Shown: piece after piece, positions 9,489 through 19,287 of the stretch
Numbering within the stretch: the first letter of the stretch is position 1
How the letters are laid out: each line of letters opens with the position of its first letter
NCBI GenBank assembly: GCA_963745075.1
Contig: CAVUWV010000009.1
Span: forward strand, 192,001 to 256,000
DNA from: Candidatus Hydrogenedentota bacterium
GTDB taxonomy: Bacteria > Hydrogenedentota > Hydrogenedentia > Hydrogenedentales > SLHB01
DNA: 64,000 nucleotides
Direction of reading: 5' to 3'
Program-made: the position numbers and the translations under genes
The notes under the pieces: model-generated
The model's input: only the letters and a program-made list of their open reading frames with translations
What the model was told of the DNA's origin: nothing
Database searches by the model: none

Positions 9489-10478
9489 ATGCGCAAAGGA
9501 TTGCTCGCTGCCTGGACCGACTACTTCGTGCTCTGGGTCGTGGTCTTTTCCGCGCTGGCCTATCTGGTCCCGCGGCCCTTTGCGGCCCTTGCGCCTGCAA
9601 TCGTGCCGGGGCTCGGCGTGATCATGTTTGGCATGGGCATGACCCTCGTTCCGGACGATTTCGCCCGCGTGGCCCGGATGCCGCGCGCGGTGTTATGCGG
9701 CGTAATTGGGCAATTCTGTATCATGCCTCTGGTCGCGTGGGTGCTGGCGAAGGGATTCCGGCTCTCTCCGGAATTCGCCATGGGCTTTATTATTCTTGGC
9801 GCTTGCCCCGGCGGGACCGCCTCCAATGTAATTGCGTATCTCGCCAAGGCCGACGTCGCCCTCTCCGTGACGATGACGGCCTGTTCGACCGTGCTTGCTA
9901 TCTTCCTGACGCCGTGGCTCATCGGCGTGTTGGGAGGCCAGTTTCTGCCCGTGGACTCCTGGGCGCTCTTCATGAGCGTCATCAAAATCGTGCTGATCCC
10001 GGTTGCGGGGGGATTCGCCGTTCGGTATTTCCTGCGTAAGCGCGTCGAAAGGTTTCTGAATGTCTTCCCGGCGATATCCGTTCTGGTGATTGTGCTGATC
10101 ATCGCCGCCATCGTGGCCTTGTCCCGGGATACGCTGCCGGACGCGCTCGGACTGCTGGGTTTCCTCGTGGTGGTCCATAATTTCACCGGCATGGCGTTGG
10201 GCTATGGCTTAGCCACCATGTTCCGCTTGCCCCGCAACGCCCGCCGGACCATCGCCATCGAAGTCGGCATGCAGAACAGCGGGCTCGGCGTGGCCCTGGC
10301 CAAGGCGCACTTTGAAAGCGTCCTCGTCGCACTTCCGGCCAGCCTGTTCAGCGTGGTCCACAACCTCAGCGGCTCCTACCTCGCCAGCTACTGGCGGCGA
10401 GATCATCCGACGGATTCGTCCGATCCGCCTGATCCGTCGGATCCGCCTGATCGCGATCCGGAGGCCGGACCTCACTAA
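9489..10478 (+). CDS. Bile acid:sodium symporter (BASS) family transporter
   Basis: IMFGMGMTL, CPGGTASNV, IEVGMQNSGL. Confidence 0.93.
   Translation: MRKGLLAAWTDYFVLWVVVFSALAYLVPRPFAALAPAIVPGLGVIMFGMGMTLVPDDFARVARMPRAVLCGVIGQFCIMPLVAWVLAKGFRLSPEFAMGFIILGACPGGTASNVIAYLAKADVALSVTMTACSTVLAIFLTPWLIGVLGGQFLPVDSWALFMSVIKIVLIPVAGGFAVRYFLRKRVERFLNVFPAISVLVIVLIIAAIVALSRDTLPDALGLLGFLVVVHNFTGMALGYGLATMFRLPRNARRTIAIEVGMQNSGLGVALAKAHFESVLVALPASLFSVVHNLSGSYLASYWRRDHPTDSSDPPDPSDPPDRDPEAGPH
10404..10460 (+). repeat. Imperfect 9-bp tandem repeat (GATCCGYCN) in the BASS 3' end
   Basis: catccgacg gattcgtcc gatccgcct gatccgtcg gatccgcct; encodes PTDSSDPPDPSDPPD. Confidence 0.8.
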
Positions 10479-10602
10479 GCCAGCGGGCCGTCACATTTGA
10501 TACGCGCGCAGGGCATGCTATATTGGGGCGGGCTGCAAGGTGTCCCTTGCCGGCCCCGCTTCGTAGTATTCCGGTGCAACCAGATGAGATGTGCGCGCGC
10601 GT

Positions 10603-12000
10603 ATGCAAGTGAACCGTGAACTGACCCCCGCCGACCTGCGTCCGTTGCTGGCGCGGTTTTTCGAATTGGCGGGCGGCAAGATTCTTTCTCTGAACGACGC
10701 CTGGGATCCGGCAAAAGGTGCGCCGGTCTTCACGCGTCGTGGCGCCTATACCGCCCGCGGTTGGACCGAATGGACACAAGGATTCCAATACGGTTGCCAA
10801 ATCCTCCAGTTTGACGCCACCGGCGATAAGCAATTCCTGCGTCTGGGCCGCGAGAACACGATTCGTCACATGGCGCCCCACGTGACGCATTTCGGCGTTC
10901 ACGACCACGGTTTTAACAACGTGTCCACCTACGGAAACCTCCGCCGGTTGGCCCTGGAAGGGAAGACCACCGAAACGCCCGACGCGATGGAACTTTACGC
11001 GCTGGCTTTGAAAGCATCCGGCGCCGTTCAGGCCGCGCGCTGGACGACCATCACGGACGGCACCGGTTACATTCATTCATTCAACGGTCCCCAATCCTTG
11101 TTTAGCGATACCATCCGGTCGTGCCGGGTGTTGATGCTGGCGCACCAATTGGGCCACGTGCTGATGGGGGAGAACGACCGGAAAATTTCATTGCTGGGGC
11201 GCGCCGTCGAACACATGACGAACACTGCGAAATACAACGTGTACTACGGCAAGCGGCGCGACGCCTACGACGTGCGCGGCCGCGTCGCCCACGAAAGCAT
11301 CTTTAACGTAACCGACGGCGCCTACCGATGTCCGAGTACCCAACAAGGGTACTCGCCGTTCTCGACGTGGACGCGGGGTCTCGCCTGGATTTTGCTGGGA
11401 TACGCGGAGGAACTCGAATGCCTCAAGGCGATCGGCGACGCGGATCTCAAACCTTGCGGTGGACGCAAGAAGGTCACGGCAACGATGCTCGAAGCGGCGC
11501 AGGCCACCGCCGACTTCTACATCGCGCACACGGCTGCGGACGGCATTCCCTATTGGGATACCGGCGCGCCCGGATTGGGTCGCATGCCCGATCGCTACGA
11601 CACGCCGTCGCAACCGGACAATCCCTATGAACCCGTGGATAGTTCCGCCGCGGCCATTGCTGCCCAGGGCTTGTTGCGCCTTGGCCGAATTCTGGGCGTC
11701 GTAGACGCCGGCAAGAAGTACTATCAAGCCGGACTGTCGGTTGCACGGACCCTGTTTTCGCCGCCGTATCTGTCCGAGGTCAAGAAGCACCAGGGGCTGG
11801 TTCTGCACTCCGTGTATCATCGGCCCAACGGGTGGGACTACGTTCCGCGCCGGAAGAAAGTCCCCTTCGGAGAGTCGTCCATGTGGGGTGATTATCACGC
11901 GATGGAGTTGGCGGTGTATATTCAGCGGCTGGCGGATCACGGCCGCTATCTCGCGTTTTTCGATCAACCCCATGTCGCGGCGACGACAGGCGCACCCTAA
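10603..12000 (+). CDS. Glycoside hydrolase family 88-like (unsaturated glucuronyl hydrolase-like) protein
   Basis: WTQGF, HDHGF, STWTRGLAW, DSSAAAIAA, WGDYH motifs. Confidence 0.8.
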   Translation: MQVNRELTPADLRPLLARFFELAGGKILSLNDAWDPAKGAPVFTRRGAYTARGWTEWTQGFQYGCQILQFDATGDKQFLRLGRENTIRHMAPHVTHFGVHDHGFNNVSTYGNLRRLALEGKTTETPDAMELYALALKASGAVQAARWTTITDGTGYIHSFNGPQSLFSDTIRSCRVLMLAHQLGHVLMGENDRKISLLGRAVEHMTNTAKYNVYYGKRRDAYDVRGRVAHESIFNVTDGAYRCPSTQQGYSPFSTWTRGLAWILLGYAEELECLKAIGDADLKPCGGRKKVTATMLEAAQATADFYIAHTAADGIPYWDTGAPGLGRMPDRYDTPSQPDNPYEPVDSSAAAIAAQGLLRLGRILGVVDAGKKYYQAGLSVARTLFSPPYLSEVKKHQGLVLHSVYHRPNGWDYVPRRKKVPFGESSMWGDYHAMELAVYIQRLADHGRYLAFFDQPHVAATTGAP

Positions 12001-12010
12001 ACGGTAAGGG

Positions 12011-12373
12011 ATGACGACTATGGACAACGACACTCCCATCGAGCCCGGTCCCGTCAGCGGCGAGGAGAAGTATCAACTTCGTATCGAACCGAAAGCGGAA
12101 CCGGCCGAACTGCACAAGCTGCCGCTCTGGTTGCTCTGGCCCACGCTCATTCCACTCTTCGTATGGATGATCGTGCCGCAATACGGGGCAATCTGTTTTG
12201 CCGTTGCAGCGGTACTTCTTTTCGCGGCGATCTGGATCATGTTGCGAAAAGAGCGCAGCGTTGACACGACCAGCGTCGATCGTGAATTGCTCTTGTATTT
12301 GCTCACCGCAATGACCGGCGGATTCGCCTTGGCCTGTTGTGTGTTTGTATCTATCGGCCATTTCGTGACGTAG
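12011..12373 (+). CDS. Small hypothetical membrane protein
   Basis: 120-aa ORF, about 3 TM segments, operonic position. Confidence 0.65.
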   Translation: MTTMDNDTPIEPGPVSGEEKYQLRIEPKAEPAELHKLPLWLLWPTLIPLFVWMIVPQYGAICFAVAAVLLFAAIWIMLRKERSVDTTSVDRELLLYLLTAMTGGFALACCVFVSIGHFVT

Positions 12374-12417
12374 GCGTGTGAGAGTCGAGTTTGGAAGAGT
12401 ACACCATAGGAAGCAGC

Positions 12418-13565
12418 ATGAAGACGCACACCGTAGGCATCATCATGAACGGCGTTACGGGCCGTATGGGCACCAACCAGCACCTCGTGCGTTCGATCCT
12501 GGCGATCCGCGAACAGGGCGGCGTTCGTATCAATGACGGAGAAACGATCCTGCCCGAACCCGTTCTCACCGGCCGCAGCGAGGCCAAACTGGCGACGCTT
12601 TCCGCCGCTCACGGCGGGTTGCCGTATTCGACCGACGTCGATTCGCTGCTGAAAGACGAGAAGTACTCCTTGTATTTCGACGCCCAAACCACCCCGCGCC
12701 GGTACGCCGACGTGAAGAAGGCCATCGCTGCCGGCAAGCACATCTACTGCGAAAAGCCCACCGCGACCACGTCCGCCGACGGGCTCGACTTGTATCGGTT
12801 GGCGAGCGAGGTCGGCATCAAACACGGGGTGGTTCAGGACAAACTCTGGCTTCCGGGATTCCGCAAACTGAGCTACCTGATCGACACCGGATTCTTTGGC
12901 GAGATCCTGTCGGTCCGCGGCGAGTTCGGGTACTGGGTATTTACCGGCGAAACCCAGCCCGCGCAGCGTCCCTCCTGGAACTACCGGAAAGCGGACGGCG
13001 GCGGCATCATTCTCGATATGTTCTGCCATTGGCGTTACGTCATCGACAACCTCTTCGGTAACATCACGGCGGTCTCGGCGCTCGGCGCGACCCACATCAA
13101 ACGCCGGTGGGACGAGCGCGGCCAACCCTACGAGTGCGACACCGACGACGCCGCCTACGCTACCTTCATGACGGACCGCAACATCATTTGTCATTTCAAC
13201 TCATCCTGGTGCACCCGGGTGCGGCGCGACGATCTGCGTCACCGATTCACGTCGACGGGACCAAAGGTTCCGCGGTCGCGGGGCTACGCGAATGTTGGGT
13301 CCAACCCGACGCGGCAACGCCGAAGCCCGTATGGAATCCCGATATCGAGAGTCCTATCGACTACCGTGCCGGTTGGGAGCGCGTGCCGACAAATACGAAC
13401 TACGACAACGCGTTCAAAGTTCAGTGGGAGTTGTTCCTGCGCCACCTGGTTCTGGACGAACCGTTTCGCTGGGACCTGAAAGAAGGCGCCAAAGGCGTTC
13501 AACTCGCGGAGCTGGGCCATTTGTCGTGGCAGGAGCGACGCTGGATCGACGTACCGGAGTTATAG
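12418..13565 (+). CDS. Gfo/Idh/MocA oxidoreductase (frameshifted near 13240)
   Basis: NGVTGRMG, HIYCEKP in first ORF; C-terminus (HVDGTKGS...WIDVPEL) in ORF 13107..13565. Confidence 0.85.
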
Positions 13566-13585
13566 CCCGAATGGGAGGTTCCGCA

Positions 13586-14863
13586 ATGAAAATGCGCACG
13601 TTTACGATTATTGTATTGGTCCTGGTTCTCGCAATTCCGGCTTTTGCAGATTTCAAGGCAGGGGTCGCGGTTCGTGTGGTGACACCCGACCATCTGCTGC
13701 CGATTTCGGGCGGGACCGGACCGTCGGTCATGCCCACCCAGCAGCAGGGAGACCTGACCGTGCGGGCGTTGGTCCTGGAGGACGACGACACGCGGGTCGC
13801 GATCATTTGTGGCGACTTTCTCGGTTTTCCTCACGCCTTGGGCGACCTCGTGCGCGACCAGGTCAAGGACATTCCGCGCGATAACATCCTCATCGGCGTG
13901 ACGCACGTCCACAGCGCGCCGGACATGTACGCCTTCCCGAATGGAAACGGCGGCACCGACGCGGATCTCGATTACATCCAATACGTCTGCGATCGCATGG
14001 CCGAGGCCATCAACGAAGCCAGCGCCAATACGCAGCCCGCGTCTGTCAAAATCAATACGGGCGAAGCTGCGGACGGGATCGCGTGGAACTCTTACGCGCC
14101 GCGCTTGTACGACCCGCGGTGCAATGTCCTTCAAGTGCTGGACATCAACGGCAAGCCAATCACCACGCTCGTAAATTTCGCCATACACCCGGAGATTCTC
14201 AGCACAGACTCTAAAATCCTCAGCCCCGATCTGTGCGGGTTCCTGTACGACCGCATTCAATCGAGCGGCAATGGAATCGGCATCTTCATGAACAGCGCCC
14301 AGGGCGGCATGGTGACGGCGGACAATCGAATTGAGGCTGGCAAGGAGGAGCGCTACACCGTGGAGGAATGCCGGCGCATTGGCAACCTCCTCGCCGACGA
14401 GGCCCTGCGCATCATCGCCGACGCGCCGGTCCAGGAAGATCCCGACCTCTATTGCGCGTCCACGCGGATTTCGTTTCCCATCACGACCGGTATTATCGAC
14501 TTGGTGACGGGTTCCCCGGTCATGGAAAGCATGCTGGAACCGGACAATCACGTCTCCTGTCAGTTCAATGTCGTAAACCTCGGCAACGCGCAGATGATCA
14601 CGATTCCCGGCGAGGCTTTGCCGAATATCGGGTCTTACTTCAAGCGCAAGATGTACGGTAAATTCAATTTCCTGTTCGGCCTCACGAACGATGCCTTCGG
14701 CTACATTCTCACCAAGGAAGACTACAACGCCTTCGACGTGTACAACTACGTGTCCCGGACCAGCCTCGGCGAAATGACCGGCGACATCCTCGTGCGCGAA
14801 GGCATGAAGTTCATCGAATCCTGCGAACGCCCCTGGAATCCGCAACCGGTCGTGGCGAAGTAA
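13586..14863 (+). CDS. Secreted neutral/alkaline ceramidase-like protein
   Basis: Signal peptide; VRALVL, THVHSAPD, NFAIHP, IPGE, GLTND. Confidence 0.75.
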   Translation: MKMRTFTIIVLVLVLAIPAFADFKAGVAVRVVTPDHLLPISGGTGPSVMPTQQQGDLTVRALVLEDDDTRVAIICGDFLGFPHALGDLVRDQVKDIPRDNILIGVTHVHSAPDMYAFPNGNGGTDADLDYIQYVCDRMAEAINEASANTQPASVKINTGEAADGIAWNSYAPRLYDPRCNVLQVLDINGKPITTLVNFAIHPEILSTDSKILSPDLCGFLYDRIQSSGNGIGIFMNSAQGGMVTADNRIEAGKEERYTVEECRRIGNLLADEALRIIADAPVQEDPDLYCASTRISFPITTGIIDLVTGSPVMESMLEPDNHVSCQFNVVNLGNAQMITIPGEALPNIGSYFKRKMYGKFNFLFGLTNDAFGYILTKEDYNAFDVYNYVSRTSLGEMTGDILVREGMKFIESCERPWNPQPVVAK

Positions 14864-14878
14864 CCGCGAGTCGAAGGG

Positions 14879-15044
14879 AAGAACATCCCCTTAGTCCCCC
14901 TTCAAAGGGGGAATAGATCGCAACGCTTTGCGTTGCGTGTTCCGGGACCCATGATTTTGTCGTAAGGTGAGCGAAAATTCATCGACCAGTGAAGGTTGTG
15001 ATGCAAAATTCCCCCTTTGAAGGGGGATCAAGGGGGATGTTCTT
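14879..15044. mobile_element. 166-bp MITE/REPIN-like element family A, copy 1 (inverted relative to the other two)
   Basis: Terminal IR AAGAACATCCCC...CCCCCTTCAAAGGGGGA; inner hairpin CGCAACGCTTTGCGTTGCG at 14919-14937. Confidence 0.85.
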
Positions 15045-15080
15045 ACGAAAGCACGGACCAGGTCCGTAAGGAGGCGAGCG

Positions 15081-16277
15081 ATGAATCATAGGCTTGATCG
15101 CCGTACATTTCTCAGAAGCGCATTCGCTGCCGCCGGATCCGTCGCGCTTGCCGATTTGCTGCCTGCAATTCCGGCCTACGCCGACCAACACAACCTGAAG
15201 ATCACCGCCGTCGAGCCGTACGTGCTCAAAGGCTCTAAATGTTTCGTCCTCGTGCGCACCGACACGGGGATTACCGGCATCGGCGAAGTCAGTCCCATGA
15301 ACGCGCCCGCCGCTGCGCACCTCATCGCCAACGAATTCGCCGCGCTGCTCATCGGCATGAATCCCCTCGACATCGAGCGCTGCTGGGAACGCGTCTATTA
15401 CCGCACCTACAAACAGGGCGTCATGGGTCTGCAACCCGAAGCCCTCGCCGGGATCGACATCGCCCTGTGGGACATCCTCGGCAAGGTCACCGGACTTCCC
15501 ATCAGCCAATTGCTCGGCGGCAAACGCCGCGACTGGGTCCGCGTCTACGCCAGCATCGGCGGCGGCGCCCAGTCCACCCCGCAGAAGATGGCCGAACGCG
15601 CGGAGAAGGCTGTCGCCGAAGGTTTTACTGCCGTCAAGATTCGCATGGACTACGGTCCCATCCCACCCGACGTGAATGTGAAGAAAGACCTGGAAACGCT
15701 GGCCACCGTTCGCAAGGCCATCGGCGACGACATCGACCTCGGCTACAACGTCAACAATGGCTACTCTGCGCAAACCGCCATCCGTGTAGGCAAAGAGATC
15801 GAAGCGTTCAACGTGATCCATTACGAAGAACCCGTCGCCCAGACCGACTACGCCGGGTACGCCCAGGTGGTCGAAGCCGTCGATGTGCCGGTCGCCGCGG
15901 GCGAACACGAATACACGCGCTGGCAGTTCCGCGACCTCATCGAACAGGCCAACCCCGACATCGTCCAGCCCGACCTCGTGAAATGCGCCGGTATCTCCGA
16001 AGCCGTCAAGATCGCCGCCCTCGCCTCCGCCCATCACAAACTGCTCTGCCCGCACCAGACCCAACCCACCGTCGGCCAGGCCGCAAACCTCCACTTCACC
16101 TCCGTCTTCGTCACCAACGACATGGCCCAGGAACTCGCCGAAGGCGCCATGCACAGCGACCTCCACACGCTCTTCACCAACCCCCTCGAATTCAAAGACG
16201 GCCGCCTCAAAGTTCCCGAAGGCCCCGGCCTCGGCCTGGACTTGGATGAAGCGCGGTTGCGAGAAATGGCAGGATAG
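15081..16277 (+). CDS. Mandelate racemase/muconate lactonizing enzyme family protein with Tat signal
   Basis: RRTFL twin-arginine motif; GIDIALWDILGK, KIR, EEP, GE, QPD, GPGLG. Confidence 0.9.
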   Translation: MNHRLDRRTFLRSAFAAAGSVALADLLPAIPAYADQHNLKITAVEPYVLKGSKCFVLVRTDTGITGIGEVSPMNAPAAAHLIANEFAALLIGMNPLDIERCWERVYYRTYKQGVMGLQPEALAGIDIALWDILGKVTGLPISQLLGGKRRDWVRVYASIGGGAQSTPQKMAERAEKAVAEGFTAVKIRMDYGPIPPDVNVKKDLETLATVRKAIGDDIDLGYNVNNGYSAQTAIRVGKEIEAFNVIHYEEPVAQTDYAGYAQVVEAVDVPVAAGEHEYTRWQFRDLIEQANPDIVQPDLVKCAGISEAVKIAALASAHHKLLCPHQTQPTVGQAANLHFTSVFVTNDMAQELAEGAMHSDLHTLFTNPLEFKDGRLKVPEGPGLGLDLDEARLREMAG

Positions 16278-16372
16278 GTAGAGCACGTGCAATAGGCCGG
16301 AACAACCAATACGGGTTCGCCTCGTGTACAATATGCCTGCAAGTGCGGATGGAGAAGCTAGGGAGGCACGTA

Positions 16373-16846
16373 ATGTCGCGGTTGAATTTGCTCGTAGGCG
16401 AAAGCGGCCACAGTGGCTTCACCGAAGCGGTTAGAATTCTTGTCCGGGATACCTTCCACGGACCCATTGGCGACTTCCACATAATGTGGTACGCCAACGA
16501 CATCGTGCAATTGACAGGCCCCCTTCGCATTGGTTGCCATGTGCTCTTCATGAACAACCTTTGGTACGACGGCCGAGGGCGCACCGGTTTCGATTTGACT
16601 GCCGCGTCTCTTCGTTTTATGCGAGACCTTCGCGCCGCGACGGACGCGCCAATACTTGCGTCCTTCGCATGTCCGGATGACGTTGACTACCCGGATAGGC
16701 TATACAGAGCGGGTGCTGACTTTGTTGCACGCGCCCCGTTTGACTCGAACGCATTCCAGGAAGCTATACGGCGACTGCTTGCTTCACATCCCGCTCCACC
16801 TCGCCTTGGACGATTCCTCCAGATGCGCGATTACGACACGAATTGA
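16373..16846 (+). CDS. Atypical (pseudo) receiver-domain protein
   Basis: C-terminal AGADFVARAPFDSNAFQEAIRRLL resembles REC alpha4-beta5-alpha5; GGGAGG RBS. Confidence 0.55.
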   Translation: MSRLNLLVGESGHSGFTEAVRILVRDTFHGPIGDFHIMWYANDIVQLTGPLRIGCHVLFMNNLWYDGRGRTGFDLTAASLRFMRDLRAATDAPILASFACPDDVDYPDRLYRAGADFVARAPFDSNAFQEAIRRLLASHPAPPRLGRFLQMRDYDTN

Positions 16847-16948
16847 CATTCTACTCACCCCAATACCGAGCCTTGATTCCGAACCTGAAGTATGCTTAGT
16901 GATACTGCTACTCCTGTGGCAGAGCGTGGCGTACACGAATAGGAGTAG

Positions 16949-16977
16949 TTGACACGTACTTCGGAACGTGTTTTACT
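16949..16977 (+). promoter_or_regulatory. TTGACA -35 box overlapped by palindromic operator ACACG-N10-CGTGT
   Basis: ttgACACGtacttcggaaCGTGT. Confidence 0.5.
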
Positions 16978-17030
16978 ACTCTCAGCCTTGGGGATTGTAC
17001 GCGCGCCAATCGGAGGGGAGGGAATCTGCA

Positions 17031-17108
17031 ATGGATCTCGTGGTGTTCATCATCAATTTCATCCTCGGCTTCTTTTTCGGGTACGGCTTCACAAGTTTCT
17101 TCTTCTAG
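17031..17108 (+). CDS. 25-aa hydrophobic Phe-rich peptide MDLVVFIINFILGFFFGYGFTSFFF
   Basis: Strong GGAGGGGAGG RBS, ATG..TAG, single-TM composition; below the ORF-track length cut-off. Confidence 0.55.
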   Translation: MDLVVFIINFILGFFFGYGFTSFFF

Positions 17109-17310
17109 TCGGGGAGCATTGGCACGACTTGGCCGTGTCGGTATGCGCATTCGTGCAGCGCGAGGCACCGGAAAGACCGCTGCAAGTCGCGAAGCGGTGG
17201 CTTAGTCCGTTGTGAGTAAACGGTCTCGACTACGGCTTCACAAGTTGTCTCCTTTGACCCAGGTCAATCAGTCGGGAAGGGGCTTCAGCTTTTCGGGGGA
17301 GGGTAGAAAG

Positions 17311-18090
17311 ATGCGGAGTGTGGCAGGTCAATGGGCACTATTGTTTGTCTCCGCTCTCGTTATCATCGGATTGGGTTGTCCTGGCAATGGTAACGACAAC
17401 GGAAATGACGACAACGCGGGGAATGGCAACACCAATGATGTAGGAACGGGAGATGGAACTTTCAGCGGCCCGGTTACGTATGCGCTTGCCGGGAATCCTT
17501 ATGGGCTTGTGACAAGCGACTTTCCATCCTCGTCAATCGTCTACGGCTATCTGAACGGCGACTCGCATGTTGATCGGGCGTCCATTTATGGGGACAGTGT
17601 TCTCGTTGAATTGGGCAAAACGGATGGCAGTTTTCAACCCGGTGTGGCTTATTACGTCAGTTATTTCGCGGTAACGGCCATCACGTTAGGCGACGTGAAC
17701 GGCGACGGAGTTTTGGATATTTGCGTTGCGTTCGTTGTCACTGACGCCTATCTCGGTGTGTTCTTGGGCAATGGCGACGGGACTTTCGGCGGGTTGATCT
17801 CAACGAAGATGTCTGATGGGGTCAATGCCCTTGGTGCAGCCGATTTCGATTCCGACGGTGACGACGACATTGCGGCAGCCACGTACCTAAACAGCTTCGG
17901 AGTCCAAATAATGCGAAGCCACGGGAATGGCAAGTTCGGGAGAACTGGTGTGTACAGCCTTATCGATCCGCCTGAGAGTATTCTTGTGGATGACTTGGAC
18001 GGAGACGGTGTCATCGATGTCGCGGTCAAATCCGACACTTACGGGGGTTCTCTGCCTGAGACACTCAGCGTGTTGCTTGGGAACCCATAG
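17311..18090 (+). CDS. FG-GAP/VCBS repeat lipoprotein
   Basis: Lipobox GLGC, Asn/Gly/Asp linker, DxNGDGxxD repeats. Confidence 0.8.
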   Translation: MRSVAGQWALLFVSALVIIGLGCPGNGNDNGNDDNAGNGNTNDVGTGDGTFSGPVTYALAGNPYGLVTSDFPSSSIVYGYLNGDSHVDRASIYGDSVLVELGKTDGSFQPGVAYYVSYFAVTAITLGDVNGDGVLDICVAFVVTDAYLGVFLGNGDGTFGGLISTKMSDGVNALGAADFDSDGDDDIAAATYLNSFGVQIMRSHGNGKFGRTGVYSLIDPPESILVDDLDGDGVIDVAVKSDTYGGSLPETLSVLLGNP

Positions 18091-18131
18091 GCGGGGTGCA
18101 ACGTACGAGATTCCTGATTGGGTGCGGCTAT

Positions 18132-18362
18132 TCAGAAGTCAATGAGGTCATGAACCGTGACGCCGCAACGGCGGGCAATCTTGTAGAGGGTGTAGATTCG
18201 TGGGTTGGCGTTGCCGTACTCAATTTCCTGGAGGCTGCGGGCGGCTAGGGCCAGCGGGCCTTCGTCCTCGAAATCTTCCTGCGTCAAGCCCTTCGCTTCA
18301 CGAAGGGAGCGGATGCGCTCCCCGAGCTTGCGCAAGAATTGCTCCTGTCCCATGGCCTTCAT
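18132..18362 (-). CDS. XRE-family HTH transcriptional regulator
   Basis: LGERIRSLREAKGLTQE...IEYGNANPRIYTLYKIA. Confidence 0.88.
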   Translation of the reverse strand: MKAMGQEQFLRKLGERIRSLREAKGLTQEDFEDEGPLALAARSLQEIEYGNANPRIYTLYKIARRCGVTVHDLIDF

Positions 18363-18395
18363 GGGCAAAGCATAGTGCTGGCCTATTCCACTTGA

Positions 18396-18415
18396 ACACG
18401 AGGTAAACCTCGTAT
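18396..18415. promoter_or_regulatory. Palindromic operator ACACG-N10-CGTAT between the XRE gene and the divergent gene
   Basis: acACGAGGTaaACCTCGTat, flanked by TTGAAC and TATAAC. Confidence 0.55.
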
Positions 18416-18511
18416 AACCTTCATAGGGGCTATCTCGTTTGGGACCGGATCGTCGTTAATCGCAAAGCTTCGGGCGGTGTGTGGTATAGGCACACGCCGG
18501 AGGGTCGCTGG

Positions 18512-19150
18512 ATGAAGTGTCCGAAATGTGGGTTGCACAATCCTCCATCCGCGATGAAATGTGATTGTGGGTATGAGTTCCCAAACGTTGGAGACAATTC
18601 GCACGAAGACAAAGTCGAAGTCACGTGCCCGACTTGTGGGCGGCGTCTTCGGGTGCCCTTCCTCGCCGGTAGGACACTACGAGTCAATTGCCCGAATGGT
18701 TGCCCGTCGTTTTCCACGAGTGTTCCGTCTGACTCAGAGGAAGAGCAGCAGGAGGTCGCCGGTAACATGTCAAGGGTAAGTCCATCGAGAAGCCTCTGGT
18801 CGCCAAATGTGATTCAACGGTTGGTGTTAGCGATCGGATTGATTGGAGTAGTCTTCATGATAGCAGTGCCACCATATTGCGTAGTAAGCCCGATTCCCGT
18901 TGACCTCGGGATCGAAAAGCGTTTCTTTTACAAGTACGCACCGATTTACAGACCACCAGAGATTGACATAGCTGACGCGCGGATGGTGCGTAACACGCAG
19001 ATGTTTGCTTCCGTTGAGTTGGACGGACAACGTCTCGGATTCCAGATACTCGCCGGAATACTCACAACGAGTGCGGTTTACTTGGCTGTTCCGTTAGCAC
19101 AAGCGAGTCTGGCCGTCTGGCACAAATCGAAATCACGCAAGAAGGCGTAG
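18512..19150 (+). CDS. Double zinc-ribbon membrane protein
   Basis: CPKC..CDCG and CPTC..CPNGC motifs followed by two TM segments. Confidence 0.7.
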   Translation: MKCPKCGLHNPPSAMKCDCGYEFPNVGDNSHEDKVEVTCPTCGRRLRVPFLAGRTLRVNCPNGCPSFSTSVPSDSEEEQQEVAGNMSRVSPSRSLWSPNVIQRLVLAIGLIGVVFMIAVPPYCVVSPIPVDLGIEKRFFYKYAPIYRPPEIDIADARMVRNTQMFASVELDGQRLGFQILAGILTTSAVYLAVPLAQASLAVWHKSKSRKKA

Positions 19151-19287
19151 GCGCTCCGCGTGATTGAAGGGAGCAACCCAAAGCAAATGCTTTGTGCCAG
19201 AAGGTGCTATTGCGATTTTAGCCTTTGTGACCGTGAGGCCGGTATTGAGGGAAAGCAGGGTTCAATGCCAGTGGCGCAGGAACTCAC

